Positions 9,822-22,011 of a stretch of 64,000 nt of DNA are shown here, piece after piece. A model generated the notes under the pieces. It made no database searches. It was not told where the DNA came from and saw only the letters and a program-made list of their open reading frames with translations. The translations under genes were made by a program, and so were the position numbers. Source of the stretch: Bdellovibrionota bacterium (GTDB lineage: Bacteria > Bdellovibrionota_G > JALEGL01 > DATDPG01); the NCBI GenBank assembly GCA_963668355.1, contig OY764265.1, positions 800,001-864,000 on the forward strand, given 5' to 3'. Numbering within the stretch: the stretch's first letter is position 1; every line of letters begins with the position of its first letter.

Positions 9822-10442
9822 CTACAATTTGTCGAGCGTGTAGTCATCCGTCAGGGCTGAGGATTTTCGTTTCAACATATTCCTGATGATTTTTTTGGAG
9901 GGTTTGGTTTTAAAATATTTCACGAAACCGAAATCATCTCCGCCACTTTTGGGATGAACCCACGCAATGAGCTTATACCTAAAGCCTCTTCCCTTTTTGA
10001 GCGCATCCATCCTTTCCTCCTCTTGCCTACACTTTTCCTCTTCGGCCTTAGCCGCATCTCTCAGCGGTTTCATGAAACATTTTTCACATTGTCCGTGTCG
10101 GTTCGTTTCCTTTTTTTTATGAATTTTCGGATCAAATGCTTTGTTTTTGTGACAGGTCTTGCAAGGAATTAGCGTGACTTCATCGCAAAGTTGGTCAAAG
10201 AGTTCATCGGTTGCATTTCGAAACTTGGTTCGACTTGTTCGTCGAATGCGTCCTACGCCCGCGGCTCGAATGCCCACCTGTAGAAAAGAGTTGGGCGTGT
10301 AAAACACCTCGGCTGAAAAGCTTACCCCCTGTTTTTTCCACTTCTTGGTCAGGCGTGTGAGGTAGGTGGGATCCCAGGGATGATTGGGTCCGGGTGGAAT
10401 AAGCTTAGGCTTTGATGTGTTTCCCCGCCGCTTGTTGGTCAC
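9822..10442 (-). CDS. hypothetical basic protein with two CxxC motifs
   Basis: 206 aa, CKTC...CEKC, followed by a coiled segment. Confidence 0.5.
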   Translation of the reverse strand: MTNKRRGNTSKPKLIPPGPNHPWDPTYLTRLTKKWKKQGVSFSAEVFYTPNSFLQVGIRAAGVGRIRRTSRTKFRNATDELFDQLCDEVTLIPCKTCHKNKAFDPKIHKKKETNRHGQCEKCFMKPLRDAAKAEEEKCRQEEERMDALKKGRGFRYKLIAWVHPKSGGDDFGFVKYFKTKPSKKIIRNMLKRKSSALTDDYTLDKL

Positions 10443-10552
10443 GTATGACTCACTTCCGTCATTGCAATGTCAGTATATCATGCTGCCTCATTCGTTTGAC
10501 ACCAAGAACGCTTGCGGGACCGCAAAGACCCTGCATCTGTCGCTTTTTAAAT

Positions 10553-11314
10553 CTAAAAATCGACGCCCATCCCGATGCGCGCGATGACGCCTTCTCGTTT
10601 TTGAAGAAGGCCTTCCTGAATCCAACGTTTGTATTGATACGTGAGGCTTGGCTTTAGAATAATGGGCAGGCCCTCGTCAAAGTAAAGCGTTCCCTCAAGG
10701 CTGATATCCACATTTCGGTATGTGTCCTCTCCGTCAGCTATCACCAACTCGCCTTCGATCGAATTTCTTCGGTCGATGTCCTCAACGCGAAAGTTTCCCA
10801 TCAGAGCCATGGCAGAATACGCTGCCTCTGAGTCCGGCGACCCATCATGAAGGATAGCGGCACCCACGGAGCCGTAGGTTCCTCGATTCATCCATCCGCC
10901 GAAAACCGGTCCTACCAGAAACTCCCAACCAGACATTGCTGCGGGACGAGTTTTGTCCTCTACATGGCGCAGCCGACTTCGAAAACCGAGTCCATTGTCT
11001 CCAAGAAGGGGCCACCCGCTGTCATGTACCCAAAGGGCATCATAAGCCAAGATCATCGAATGCGTCATTTCGCCCTCTCGATAAACACCGATCATCTTTC
11101 CAACATCTGCCAAAAGGAGGTCATCATAATTTTCAAGGCTAAGATCCAACATTTGCAAATCCACAATGGGAAGGCCTTTCTTTTTTCCATCTTCACCCAC
11201 TCCATCCATGGAGAAACCGGTGACGACATACCCCCCTTCCAATTTTTGAGCGAAAGAAAGGTCAGAAAAAAGTAAGCAGGAAAACATAATCAAGACGGCG
11301 ATGGATTTTTGCAT
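10553..11314 (-). CDS. putative outer-membrane beta-barrel protein
   Basis: AGGGAGG SD before MQKSIAV, signal peptide, C-terminal IGMGVDF. Confidence 0.6.
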   Translation of the reverse strand: MQKSIAVLIMFSCLLFSDLSFAQKLEGGYVVTGFSMDGVGEDGKKKGLPIVDLQMLDLSLENYDDLLLADVGKMIGVYREGEMTHSMILAYDALWVHDSGWPLLGDNGLGFRSRLRHVEDKTRPAAMSGWEFLVGPVFGGWMNRGTYGSVGAAILHDGSPDSEAAYSAMALMGNFRVEDIDRRNSIEGELVIADGEDTYRNVDISLEGTLYFDEGLPIILKPSLTYQYKRWIQEGLLQKREGVIARIGMGVDF

Positions 11315-11415
11315 AAAGCACCTCCCTAAGTTCCTGAATAGCACCCAAAGGAGCGTTGCGTCAAGGTGTGAAAACGGCGACGTAGGTTCTTGATTTCGTT
11401 TGTTTTTTAGAATTC

Positions 11416-12783
11416 TTACGCGAGAAACTTCTCGGCTGAAGAGAGCGTTTGTTCCAGAAAAGCTTTGATTTGATCGCAGGTGTCCAAACTCGGGCCAAAG
11501 CATATGGACAAATCTGTCGGGATTCCGGCACCAAAGGTAAGGGGCGACAGAACTCGAAGGTCATTTAAAAGAGCTTCTTCAGCCGAAACGCTCCCCCATG
11601 GAAACGTTTCTTGGGTTTCAGGCTTCCAGTTTTCTTCCCGAATTCGATTTCGAAGATGCATTACGTTCTGGGTCAACGTCTTCCCATAAGAAAATGCCAC
11701 CTTTGGGTCTTCCAATGAATCATTCAAATGCGAATAGGCAAAACCCACGATGTTGATGTATCGAATTTCCCAATCCGAAGAACCGTGACCCATTTTTTGA
11801 AGGATGAGGTCTTGAAAAAGACTGTCTCCACCTGTGGCACACGTCGTCCGAAAAAACCCACCCACTTTCAATAACTTCCAAGCCTTTGTAATGGACTCCA
11901 AGCGATCATTGATCGAGGATAAGTACCCTGTGCAACTACACATATCGATGACATCGTACGACTCTTCAGAGAAGGGAGGGTTTCGGAGGTCGCCTTGAAC
12001 ATAATTCACATCTTCAAAACCACGAAAACCCTCAAAATAAACATCTGAAATGGTTCTTCCTGCCTCTTTCCATTGTGCAAAGATTTCCGTGGGGGATAAG
12101 AGATCCAAGCAGTCCACGGTCCAGCGGTCTCTGACAGAGGATGGAAACATCGTTCTAAATAAATGTGCCGTAAGGCCCGTAGATCCCCCAAGAAACACCG
12201 CCCGTTTCTCTTGCGAAGCCTTATCAGACGACTCCAGCATTTCGTGGAGGGCCATAGCACCCGCCACCTGTCGTTGGTCTTCCGTGTAATGTTGATTGTG
12301 TCCACTCTTCTCGGAAGGCGTAAATTTTTCAGGATTCTCTTGGACTTGTTCTTCAATGGCTTCGAAAATTTCTTGGGACGAATCCTCCAATCCAAGCGAA
12401 AGACTTAAGCGAAGCATTTTTAAGAGCTTTTCTAAATCCCAGGCTCCATCCCGATCTAAAAACACATCCTGCAGAGCCAAAGCCTCAGGAGTGGAGGAAA
12501 AGCCTTTGTTCACAAAATCACGAAGGGCTTTCTTGGAGGCCGAAAAAAGGACCTGTGCAAAGCGCCGCAAAAAGAGGTCGTGAATTAAAAGAATTCGAAA
12601 TGATCGAAAGCCATTTTCATTCTGAATTTCCGTGAGGAGGGGACTTTTCAAGGGAAAACTCATCAAGCATTGAAGGCCTTCCTCGTCTCTGAATCGCTGA
12701 GTAGGATCCAAGCGAATTTTTTCGCGATCCTCCCAATATTGCCTCTCTCGTTTCTCCAATTCACCAATGGTCGGCTTTTCCAT
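11416..12783 (-). CDS. class I SAM-dependent methyltransferase-domain protein
   Basis: VFLGGSTG motif I, VQGDLRNPPF..SYDVI, LLKVGG. Confidence 0.65.
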   Translation of the reverse strand: MEKPTIGELEKRERQYWEDREKIRLDPTQRFRDEEGLQCLMSFPLKSPLLTEIQNENGFRSFRILLIHDLFLRRFAQVLFSASKKALRDFVNKGFSSTPEALALQDVFLDRDGAWDLEKLLKMLRLSLSLGLEDSSQEIFEAIEEQVQENPEKFTPSEKSGHNQHYTEDQRQVAGAMALHEMLESSDKASQEKRAVFLGGSTGLTAHLFRTMFPSSVRDRWTVDCLDLLSPTEIFAQWKEAGRTISDVYFEGFRGFEDVNYVQGDLRNPPFSEESYDVIDMCSCTGYLSSINDRLESITKAWKLLKVGGFFRTTCATGGDSLFQDLILQKMGHGSSDWEIRYINIVGFAYSHLNDSLEDPKVAFSYGKTLTQNVMHLRNRIREENWKPETQETFPWGSVSAEEALLNDLRVLSPLTFGAGIPTDLSICFGPSLDTCDQIKAFLEQTLSSAEKFLA

Positions 12784-12794
12784 ATGACTCCGCC

Positions 12795-13712
12795 CTACGA
12801 AACAGGCATTTTCCCTTCAGTTGCGTGATTGAAAAAACGCTGGGTGGGATACGCAAAATCAATGTCTTTGTGTTTCGCAAATTCTTTCAAGATGTCTTCC
12901 CACATTGCTTGGCGGGCTGCACGACGTTTTCGAGGCTCGCACAAAAACCGCAGCGTTAACATAACGCCGGAATCTCGAACCTCTGAAAAAACTGCAGGTG
13001 TAAGCTTATTATAAAAAATCAAATAGCGCCGCGCCGTTTCTTTGATCTTCTTTTCTGCCCGTGTCGTTAAATGCTCAGCATGTTCATTTACAACCCTGGA
13101 AAGAATTTCTTTGGCTTTTTCCCAATTGCTTTCAAACGTAATCAAAACGGGAATCTCGTCCCAAATGTACTCAAATCCCGTTCCATAGTTTGCAGTGACC
13201 TTTGAAATTACATCTCGATTGGGGACATGAAGAATACGCCCCGTGCTCTGATCGGCATCGACCCAATTCCCAATTTCCAGAATGGTGAATTGAAAAATGC
13301 GAATGTCGATGACATCCCCTCTATGCTCTCCAACCTGGATGCGATCCCCAATGGCGAAAGGTCTTCGCCACAAAATGAACGCCCAACCCGCAAAGTTAGA
13401 AATGATGTCTTGCAAGGCAATGGCCAACCCTGCAGACAAAATTCCGAGGTAGGTGACCACAGAGTGAACCCCTTGAAACCATATTCTTCCAACCACCAAG
13501 AGCCCGAGAATCGAAACAATATAGCTGGTTGCCTTTCGCCATTTGTATCGAACCCGAACATCGGTCGTTCTTCGCCAGACCATTTTGACAACGAGAAACC
13601 GTATGGCTCCGGCGATAAAAATCACGGTCAAAGACTGAATGAGCCGAAGGAGGGTAGGCACTCCCAAACCCGTCACCTGATGTAAATGTGTCAGTATTGC
13701 GTCCATAAACAC
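12795..13712 (-). CDS. MscS-family mechanosensitive channel
   Basis: AGLAIALQD, PF.IGDRI, GDV.DI, PN motifs. Confidence 0.9.
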   Translation of the reverse strand: MFMDAILTHLHQVTGLGVPTLLRLIQSLTVIFIAGAIRFLVVKMVWRRTTDVRVRYKWRKATSYIVSILGLLVVGRIWFQGVHSVVTYLGILSAGLAIALQDIISNFAGWAFILWRRPFAIGDRIQVGEHRGDVIDIRIFQFTILEIGNWVDADQSTGRILHVPNRDVISKVTANYGTGFEYIWDEIPVLITFESNWEKAKEILSRVVNEHAEHLTTRAEKKIKETARRYLIFYNKLTPAVFSEVRDSGVMLTLRFLCEPRKRRAARQAMWEDILKEFAKHKDIDFAYPTQRFFNHATEGKMPVS

Positions 13713-14999
<1,287 letters not shown>

Positions 15000-15008
15000 C
15001 TACCTCTA

Positions 15009-18000
15009 TTACCTTGAGAGTCGAAAAATATAGTCTTCAATGTCCGCTCGCTCTTTCGACTCCGGATCCAACTCCAGATACTTTCGAAAGGCCACAATGG
15101 CCAAGCGATTACGGTTCATATCCTTGTAAACAAAGGCCAAATGATAATACGGCAATGGATTGTGTGGATCGAGAACCTGAGCCCTCTTAAAATATTGTAT
15201 CGCTTTGCTCCGCTGACCGCCCTCTTCAGAAAGAATACCCAAGCCCAAAAAGGCCTCCGGATTTTTCTTTTTATAGCGAATGGATTTCAACAAATAATTC
15301 CGAGCCAATTTGTGGTTTCCATCTTTTCGATAAGCCTCTCCAAGCTTTAACAATACATTGGAGTTCTTGGGTTTAACCTTTGAGGCTTTAAAATAATATT
15401 GAGCCGCTTTGGAATATAAGTTCTTTCCATAATAAAAATCCCCTAAGGCCATGTAGGGATCGATAAATTTATCATCAAAAGAAATGGCCTTCTCCATGGC
15501 TTGCTCAGCTTTAACTGGATCGTTTCGATAGATATGCGTGGTTTCCAATTGGAAAAAAGCCACAGCTGACTCCGGTCTCATCTGAATCGCCGAACGAATT
15601 TCTTCCAGAGATCCATCCAAATTTCCAAGCTCCCGATAAGCCACCCCCAAGTACAAGCTGGTTCCAAAATTATTTGGCTTCCACTTTCGGGCTTCACGCA
15701 ATTCGTTCACGGCTTCTTGATAGGATTGTTGATCAATTAAAACCTTGGCCAACTTAACGCGCGTCTCAAAATCTTTCGGTTGAAGTTCCAACACTCTCCG
15801 ATACGTTCCCAGCGCTTTCGTGTATTCCTTCTTTTGGTGTAATAGTTCTCCCAGAGCTACCTGGGTTTCCACACGAGTGGAATCGATCGAGAGCGCTTGT
15901 TCAAAATATTGGGCGGCTTTTTTCGTGTCGCCCAAAGCCAAGTAAGCTTTTCCGTAGTTTGTGAGGACGCTCACGTTCTGAGGATCCTGCTTTTTGGCCA
16001 AAGCAAACTCTTCCAACGCCTCTTTTCTCATTCGTGTAACCAAGTACACTTCACCCAACGCATTATGTGCCCGAGCAGAGTTGGGCGAAAGATTGATGGC
16101 GGCTTTCAATTTATTTTTCGCCATATTGAAGTTGTCCTTGGCTAAATAAAGCTCACCCAAGTTGACCATCGAATCGATGTGACGAGGATCATTTGAAAGA
16201 ACATTTTCAAAGGTTTGAATGGCTTCGTCGTTCCTTTTTAAGGCTCTTTGAGTCAGTCCCAGTTGATACAATCCTTCCACATTGGTTGGCGCTTTTTCCA
16301 ACGCCTTATTCAAGGCATCCAATGCGTCCGTTAGTTTTCCCTGACGACGAAGGGCATGTCCTTTGTACACCAAATACTCTGCCGCATTTGGATTCAAGGA
16401 GGCCACACGTGCAAACTGACTTTCCGCTTTCGAAAACTCTTCTTTCTGCAAATACAGGCGACCCAAATAAAATCCATTGGCGTGACTGGTTCGATCAGCT
16501 GTCACAGACTTTTCCATGGCTTGAATGGCTGCATCTAAGTTTCCTTGGGACTCTTCGATCTCAGCCAACGAACGCCAAGCACGACCCACGTCCAGAACGC
16601 TCAGCAAAAAATTTCCCTTTTCCAAAAGCTTTTTGAGACCCGCTTTCGCCACTTCGACTTTTCCACGATGGGAGTAAAGCAATTGATACAACTCCAGCTC
16701 TGAGGCCGCATGCGACGGGATTCCATCCACCAACTCCCTCAACATTTTTTCAGCTTCGTCCACGCGGCCTTGTCTAAGATACGCGGAGGCTAAGAAGTGT
16801 TTGGCACGAGGATTTTGCGGTTTTTGCTCAATGGCCTGAAGAAAAACTTCTTCTGCTTTTTCGAGATCCCCTCTGGCCAAAGCAATCTCGCCCAACAAGA
16901 CCTTTAAAGCGACATCTTTTTTGTCTATGGAAAAACCCTTATTGACCAAGGCTTCTGCTTGATTGTATTTACCTTCCGCAAACTTTGCGCGAGCTTTGGC
17001 ACGAACCGTTTCAATTAACCCCGGATGATACTGCTCCGACTGTGAAATGAGGTCGTCAATTCGCTTTCTCTGCCCAGACGTAACCGTATTGCCCGACGCC
17101 AATAAAATGGTTTCCGCCAAACGAACATCCGTCGGGCTATGTCTCGGATCCTCACGCAGGATGGCCTCATACTCACCCATGGCCTTTCGATAGTCCACAG
17201 CACTGTCGGTCACGAAAAGAGATTGTGTGGCTTGGTATCGCTGATTCAGTTGCTGTAGAACCTTAACCGTCGGAGGAATATAACCATCCTGGGGCTTTTG
17301 TCCGAACGTCCAACCAAAAACACCACCATCCATAAACCGCGCCATTCCAACGGCCACCAAACCAACCAAAATCACAACGGTTCCTAGGCTAATCCATACG
17401 GCTTTTGGGATTCCTCTTCGCTTCTTCTTATATTCGATGCCCAGACCCTCTCCGAGTGCATCTTCCTCCTCATCTCCGTCAGGAGCCGGAAAGGCCTCAG
17501 CTTCAGATTCGGATACCTCACTGAAAAGTTCTTCCAAGGCTTCATCTGGCCGACTGACTTCATCCATCGGAATATCTACACCGGGAGCCGTCCCTTCCAT
17601 TCCAGGAACTGCTTCTGTTGGGGAAGAGGAAGGTGGAGACTCTTCGGCCACGCTCATGTCGAAAAGATCTTCTACTCCATCGAGCTTGCTCGCCGGAGGC
17701 GCTTTAGGAGTTGAGGAAGAAGGGGGAGGTGGAGAGGATGAGGGAATGGCCGCTGTGGGGCCCGAGGGATCTCCATCGTCTCCCAAGTCAAAGTCTGCCA
17801 ACAACTCATCCAAGTCGTTGTCTTTCGTCGAGGAAGGGGGCGGCGTTTCTTTAGAAGGAGCCGGCTTGGAAGGCTTTGAGGTTTCCAAAGGCCCGGCTTT
17901 TTCTGCGGTTTCAAATAAATCATCAAAATGATCGGTGCCCCCCATTAAACCATCGTCTGTTTCGGGTGCCGAGGGCTTCGCCTCAGGTTTGGGCTCAGGA

Positions 18001-18269
18001 GGCTGTGGAGGAGATGCCTTGGGTGGAGACGGGGGGGGAGGTGGAGCGGTTTCAGCCGGTGGGGCCGGTGGCATCGGAGGGACCACTTCCGTAGGTTCAG
18101 AGCCGCCTCCACCATCCACCTCAAAAAAGTCATCAAAACTCTCAAACGCATCCGCATCACTTCCCCCAGAAACCGCTACAGCGGCACCACATTTGGGGCA
18201 ATTGACCGAGGAGGTTTGAGCATCACCAATGGCAAACGAATGATTACAAGCTGAGCAAGTTAAATTCAC
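15009..18269 (-). CDS. zinc-ribbon / Pro-acidic linker / TM / many-TPR protein
   Basis: CSAC..CPKC, low-complexity P/D/E linker, single TM segment, long TPR array. Confidence 0.8.
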   Translation of the reverse strand: MNLTCSACNHSFAIGDAQTSSVNCPKCGAAVAVSGGSDADAFESFDDFFEVDGGGGSEPTEVVPPMPPAPPAETAPPPPPSPPKASPPQPPEPKPEAKPSAPETDDGLMGGTDHFDDLFETAEKAGPLETSKPSKPAPSKETPPPSSTKDNDLDELLADFDLGDDGDPSGPTAAIPSSSPPPPSSSTPKAPPASKLDGVEDLFDMSVAEESPPSSSPTEAVPGMEGTAPGVDIPMDEVSRPDEALEELFSEVSESEAEAFPAPDGDEEEDALGEGLGIEYKKKRRGIPKAVWISLGTVVILVGLVAVGMARFMDGGVFGWTFGQKPQDGYIPPTVKVLQQLNQRYQATQSLFVTDSAVDYRKAMGEYEAILREDPRHSPTDVRLAETILLASGNTVTSGQRKRIDDLISQSEQYHPGLIETVRAKARAKFAEGKYNQAEALVNKGFSIDKKDVALKVLLGEIALARGDLEKAEEVFLQAIEQKPQNPRAKHFLASAYLRQGRVDEAEKMLRELVDGIPSHAASELELYQLLYSHRGKVEVAKAGLKKLLEKGNFLLSVLDVGRAWRSLAEIEESQGNLDAAIQAMEKSVTADRTSHANGFYLGRLYLQKEEFSKAESQFARVASLNPNAAEYLVYKGHALRRQGKLTDALDALNKALEKAPTNVEGLYQLGLTQRALKRNDEAIQTFENVLSNDPRHIDSMVNLGELYLAKDNFNMAKNKLKAAINLSPNSARAHNALGEVYLVTRMRKEALEEFALAKKQDPQNVSVLTNYGKAYLALGDTKKAAQYFEQALSIDSTRVETQVALGELLHQKKEYTKALGTYRRVLELQPKDFETRVKLAKVLIDQQSYQEAVNELREARKWKPNNFGTSLYLGVAYRELGNLDGSLEEIRSAIQMRPESAVAFFQLETTHIYRNDPVKAEQAMEKAISFDDKFIDPYMALGDFYYGKNLYSKAAQYYFKASKVKPKNSNVLLKLGEAYRKDGNHKLARNYLLKSIRYKKKNPEAFLGLGILSEEGGQRSKAIQYFKRAQVLDPHNPLPYYHLAFVYKDMNRNRLAIVAFRKYLELDPESKERADIEDYIFRLSR

Positions 18270-18360
18270 GAGCCCTAGGTTACTCTAACCACCCTCCTTC
18301 AGACAATTTTGAAAACGCGGTTTGCAGGAATCTAGCGTAAACTTTGACTACGAAAGAACC

Positions 18361-19644
18361 ATGCTTTTGAAAACCGACGACCTGAAAACGCATTTTTTCC
18401 TGGGCATGGCCCTCCTTGCTTTAACGCTGGTCATGCGAACGGCTCTCTCCTGCCCGTTTTCTTTTCTTCCGTTTCTCGGGGCCTTCACGTTGATGGGATG
18501 GACTGCCATCTACGCAGCCATCCGTCCTCTCCCTACCTTAAACTCCTCGCGACTTCTTTTCTGGGGAATTCCTCTCTCGGCCTTCCTCTTGCGCATGCTC
18601 TTAGTCACCCCCACCCCCCTTCTTTCAAATGACGCGTATCGTTATATTTGGGATGGGGCCCTGATTTGGAATGGACTCAACCCCCTGTCTCTTTCTCCTT
18701 TGGAGGCGGTTGCTCAATTGCCCCACCTAAACATTCCACTTCCCCCCAACCACCAAAATATCCCCTCTCTCTATCCCTTAATCTCTCAAGTGTATTTTGC
18801 GCTTGGATTTTTACTCCACCCTTCGCCCCTCATTTTCGGAATCTTTGCATCGTTGTTGGATGCCTTCACGACATTTCTTCTTCTTTCACTCCTCCAAGAG
18901 CGAAAACAGCCTTTGAATTGGGTTTTTCTTTTTGCGTGGCATCCACTATCGATCATCGAGTCTGGACATGGGGGCCATGTGGAAGCTTTGGGGCTGTTTT
19001 TTCTGGTCTTGTGTCTCCGATTTGCTACCCGCCCCATACTTTCGGGTCTTTCTTTGGCTGGAGCCGCTTTGGTCAAATTGTGGCCTGTCATTTTATGCCC
19101 CATATTATGGAGTGGGAAACGCCTTCCTCGCATTCTGGCCTTTGGGATTTTGTTTTCGTTGGGCTTTCTGGCCCTGTGGAATCGAAGCCAACATTTTTCG
19201 GGCTTGTTGACCTACTTAGAAACCTGGGAGTTTCATGGAGCCGTTTTTAGTTTGGCCCGAGAGATTTTTTCCAATGAAGTGTCGCGATGGTTATGTCTTT
19301 CGGCATTTTTAATCGCCACCTTTTGGATTCTCTGGCGTCAGATGGATCTAACAAGTCCGTCACAAAAAGCCATCTCCATTCTCGTGGTGTTTTTGTATTG
19401 CGCCCCAACCATTCACCCCTGGTATGTTCTTTGGCTAATTCCCTTGCTGGTGCTTCACCCATCGCTTCCATGGATTTACCTTACGTTTGCCATGGTCAGC
19501 GCCTATGCAGTGTTACCCGCTTTCCTGGAAAGCCAAGTATGGATTGAGCCGAGCTGGCCCAAATGGGTGACTTATCTTCCGCCCCTGATTCTCTGGGGCA
19601 TTCGAAAAAGACCTTTTGATCGAAGGGTCAAGAAGGTGACATAA
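18361..19644 (+). CDS. GT-C (GT87-like) membrane glycosyltransferase
   Basis: LSNDAYRYIWDG, YP, WHPL..E..GH.E, HPWY motifs; multiple TMs. Confidence 0.8.
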   Translation: MLLKTDDLKTHFFLGMALLALTLVMRTALSCPFSFLPFLGAFTLMGWTAIYAAIRPLPTLNSSRLLFWGIPLSAFLLRMLLVTPTPLLSNDAYRYIWDGALIWNGLNPLSLSPLEAVAQLPHLNIPLPPNHQNIPSLYPLISQVYFALGFLLHPSPLIFGIFASLLDAFTTFLLLSLLQERKQPLNWVFLFAWHPLSIIESGHGGHVEALGLFFLVLCLRFATRPILSGLSLAGAALVKLWPVILCPILWSGKRLPRILAFGILFSLGFLALWNRSQHFSGLLTYLETWEFHGAVFSLAREIFSNEVSRWLCLSAFLIATFWILWRQMDLTSPSQKAISILVVFLYCAPTIHPWYVLWLIPLLVLHPSLPWIYLTFAMVSAYAVLPAFLESQVWIEPSWPKWVTYLPPLILWGIRKRPFDRRVKKVT

Positions 19645-21038
19645 AGATACCCCAAGGCGAACAAGAGCAAGAAAGGCAACGCCCCCCACATCTTCTCATG
19701 GATGAGAATCCCAATAGCCGTAAGCAAATACAACGCAAACGCAGCCTCCAACCACGAAGTCCAGCCAACGTCCATGGCATAAAACACTTTGGCTTTCTTC
19801 TGACTTCCCTGCTTGGGCGTACGCACAAATGGCGTTTGTTTTCGACTCAAGCCTTCCAACACAGCCATGGCATTGTTCAATGCCACACCCACCCCCACAG
19901 AAATCAACAAGGGGATTTGAATCAATTTGGATTTCCAAGACTCCCCAGAACCTCTTCGCGTGTGATCAAAAAAGATCATCATGGCAATGAGGGGGAAGGA
20001 AAAAATCATGGCCTCTCCCAACCAGGCGAATTCCCCCCAACGCTCCCAGCGTGTGACCATGGCAAAGGGAGAAGAGATCACCAATAAGAAAATACAGACA
20101 TACGCCCAATTTGCCGTGAGATGAAAAAAGGATTCCACCTTGGCCCTTCGCTTAAGAGAAGAGTTAAGGACTTTCGGAAGAAGCTTTCGCGTGGTTTGAA
20201 CCGAGCCCTTACACCACCTTCTCTGCTGAGACTTGAAGGCCAAAATATCGGTGGGAAGTTCTGCTGGAACACGAACATCGGGGAGATAATGAAACTTCCA
20301 GCCCGCTAGCTGCGCGCGATAACTCAAATCCAAATCTTCCGTAAGCGTATCGGCCTGCCATCCTCCCACAGAGTCAATGGCGGTTCGTCTCCACACACCC
20401 GCCGTTCCATTGAAATTGATGAAAAAACCTGCGCGGGTTCTTGCCAAATGTTCAACCGTAAAGTGGCTATCAATCATGAGGGCTTGAACGCGCGTGAGCC
20501 ACGAGTCCTTTTCATTGAGATGTCCCCAACGCGCTTGTACCAAGCCAATATGTTCATCCTGAAATTCCGGAATGGTTCGCTGAAGAAAATCTTTCGTGGG
20601 AATAAAATCCGCATCAAAAATGGCAAGGAACTCTCCCGTGGAAGATTTCATTCCATTCGCCAACGCTCCAGCCTTATACCCCGTTCGGTTTTCCCGGTGC
20701 ACATAGTGAATCGAAATCCCCTTGCTCTTCCACTTCTCCACACAAGCGCGGGCCAATTCTTGGGTTAGGTCGGTGGAATCATCCAGGACTTGAATCTCAA
20801 ATCGGTCTCTCGGCCAATCCATTTGCGCCGTCGCATCAATCAAACGTTCGACAACCGTGGCTTCATTGAAAATCGGCAATTGAACCGTAACGGAGGGTTT
20901 CCAGGTTTCTGCCTGAATGACATCAACCTTCACCGGGGGTTTGGTTCGAAATAAATAGACGAGATAAAGTCGGTGAATCCCCAAAAGGATCAAAAGGGCT
21001 AGAGCTCCATAGTATATCGCCAACATGGACGTAAACAT
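19572..21038 (-). CDS. GT2 cellulose-synthase-like glycosyltransferase
   Basis: QLPIFNE, DDS, KAGAL, DAD, TED and QQRRW motifs. Confidence 0.92.
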   Translation of the reverse strand: MFTSMLAIYYGALALLILLGIHRLYLVYLFRTKPPVKVDVIQAETWKPSVTVQLPIFNEATVVERLIDATAQMDWPRDRFEIQVLDDSTDLTQELARACVEKWKSKGISIHYVHRENRTGYKAGALANGMKSSTGEFLAIFDADFIPTKDFLQRTIPEFQDEHIGLVQARWGHLNEKDSWLTRVQALMIDSHFTVEHLARTRAGFFINFNGTAGVWRRTAIDSVGGWQADTLTEDLDLSYRAQLAGWKFHYLPDVRVPAELPTDILAFKSQQRRWCKGSVQTTRKLLPKVLNSSLKRRAKVESFFHLTANWAYVCIFLLVISSPFAMVTRWERWGEFAWLGEAMIFSFPLIAMMIFFDHTRRGSGESWKSKLIQIPLLISVGVGVALNNAMAVLEGLSRKQTPFVRTPKQGSQKKAKVFYAMDVGWTSWLEAAFALYLLTAIGILIHEKMWGALPFLLLFALGYLYVTFLTLRSKGLFRMPQRIRGGR

Positions 21039-21120
21039 GTGCGTCCTTCTCTACCACAAACCACAAAAAAAGAATCCCAAACCTTCACGCGAAAAATACG
21101 CCGCTCCAAGCCCGGAATTT

Positions 21121-22011
21121 TTAGAAAAACACTTCGATATTGGCGGTATAGCTTTCGTAGGTGGGGTTTAAGCGTTGTGAAAACGTAAACCCGGCGGCGA
21201 CTTTAGGACCCACCGTGGCCAGTCCAATTGAATAAAAATTATTGTCTCGCATGCGATCCAACCCGAAGCCACCTCGAACAAAAACTCCCTCCGTGGCACG
21301 AATCTCTCCTCCAAAATTAGCATTTGTGGATCCTGCGGCCCCTGTGGACTCAAAGTCTTTCACGATATCCACCGCAAACCGTGCGTGGGGTTTTAGGAGT
21401 AAGGCCGCTCCAAAACCGAGTTGAAATGGAAATTCTTCCACGTCATGACCTCGAATTAAGTTATGAGTGGTCACGGCCAAGGAAAGAAATTCAATGGGTT
21501 TAAGCAATAACCCCAAATCGACATCCACACCATCCGGACCATCCGCCCCAACCGCTGAAATGGAAGAAAAATATCCTTTCAACGTTCCCCCGATATTGAT
21601 CATGGGTCCTACTTCCGTGGCCAAAGAGGCCGAAATCATCTGAACGGTGACATCATTTCCCACGGAAAAAACATCTCGATCATAAGAAAGACCCATGCCC
21701 ACTTTTTCGGAAGCCTTGAAATCCACAATGGCCACACTGAATGCATTCGATTTCGTCAAACGGTGGTGCATGTAATCCCCGCCTGCCGCGACTTTTCCGC
21801 GGAACTGCGCAATTCCGGCTGGATTGTAAAGAATCGTAGCCGTGGTATCTGCCAACGCACGAAAAGCCCCACCAAATGACATGGGCACAGATTTCTGAAA
21901 CATGTTCTGTGTAAAATCAATTCCCTGCTGGGCTTGAGCCGATGAAGACAACATCAGAAAAGCCAAAACTAGAAAAGGTGTCAGTTTAAAACGCAGCAAT
22001 TTCATCCACAC
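21121..22011 (-). CDS. outer-membrane beta-barrel (FadL/PorV-like N-terminus)
   Basis: Signal peptide, GGAF.ALA.T...LYNPAGI motif, C-terminal F. Confidence 0.65.
   Translation of the reverse strand: MWMKLLRFKLTPFLVLAFLMLSSSAQAQQGIDFTQNMFQKSVPMSFGGAFRALADTTATILYNPAGIAQFRGKVAAGGDYMHHRLTKSNAFSVAIVDFKASEKVGMGLSYDRDVFSVGNDVTVQMISASLATEVGPMINIGGTLKGYFSSISAVGADGPDGVDVDLGLLLKPIEFLSLAVTTHNLIRGHDVEEFPFQLGFGAALLLKPHARFAVDIVKDFESTGAAGSTNANFGGEIRATEGVFVRGGFGLDRMRDNNFYSIGLATVGPKVAAGFTFSQRLNPTYESYTANIEVFF

Noticed and set aside
17437..18219. Ser/Gly-rich + strand ORFs and repeat-like sequence
   Set aside because: Antisense shadow of the Pro/acidic linker in the 15009-18269 gene.
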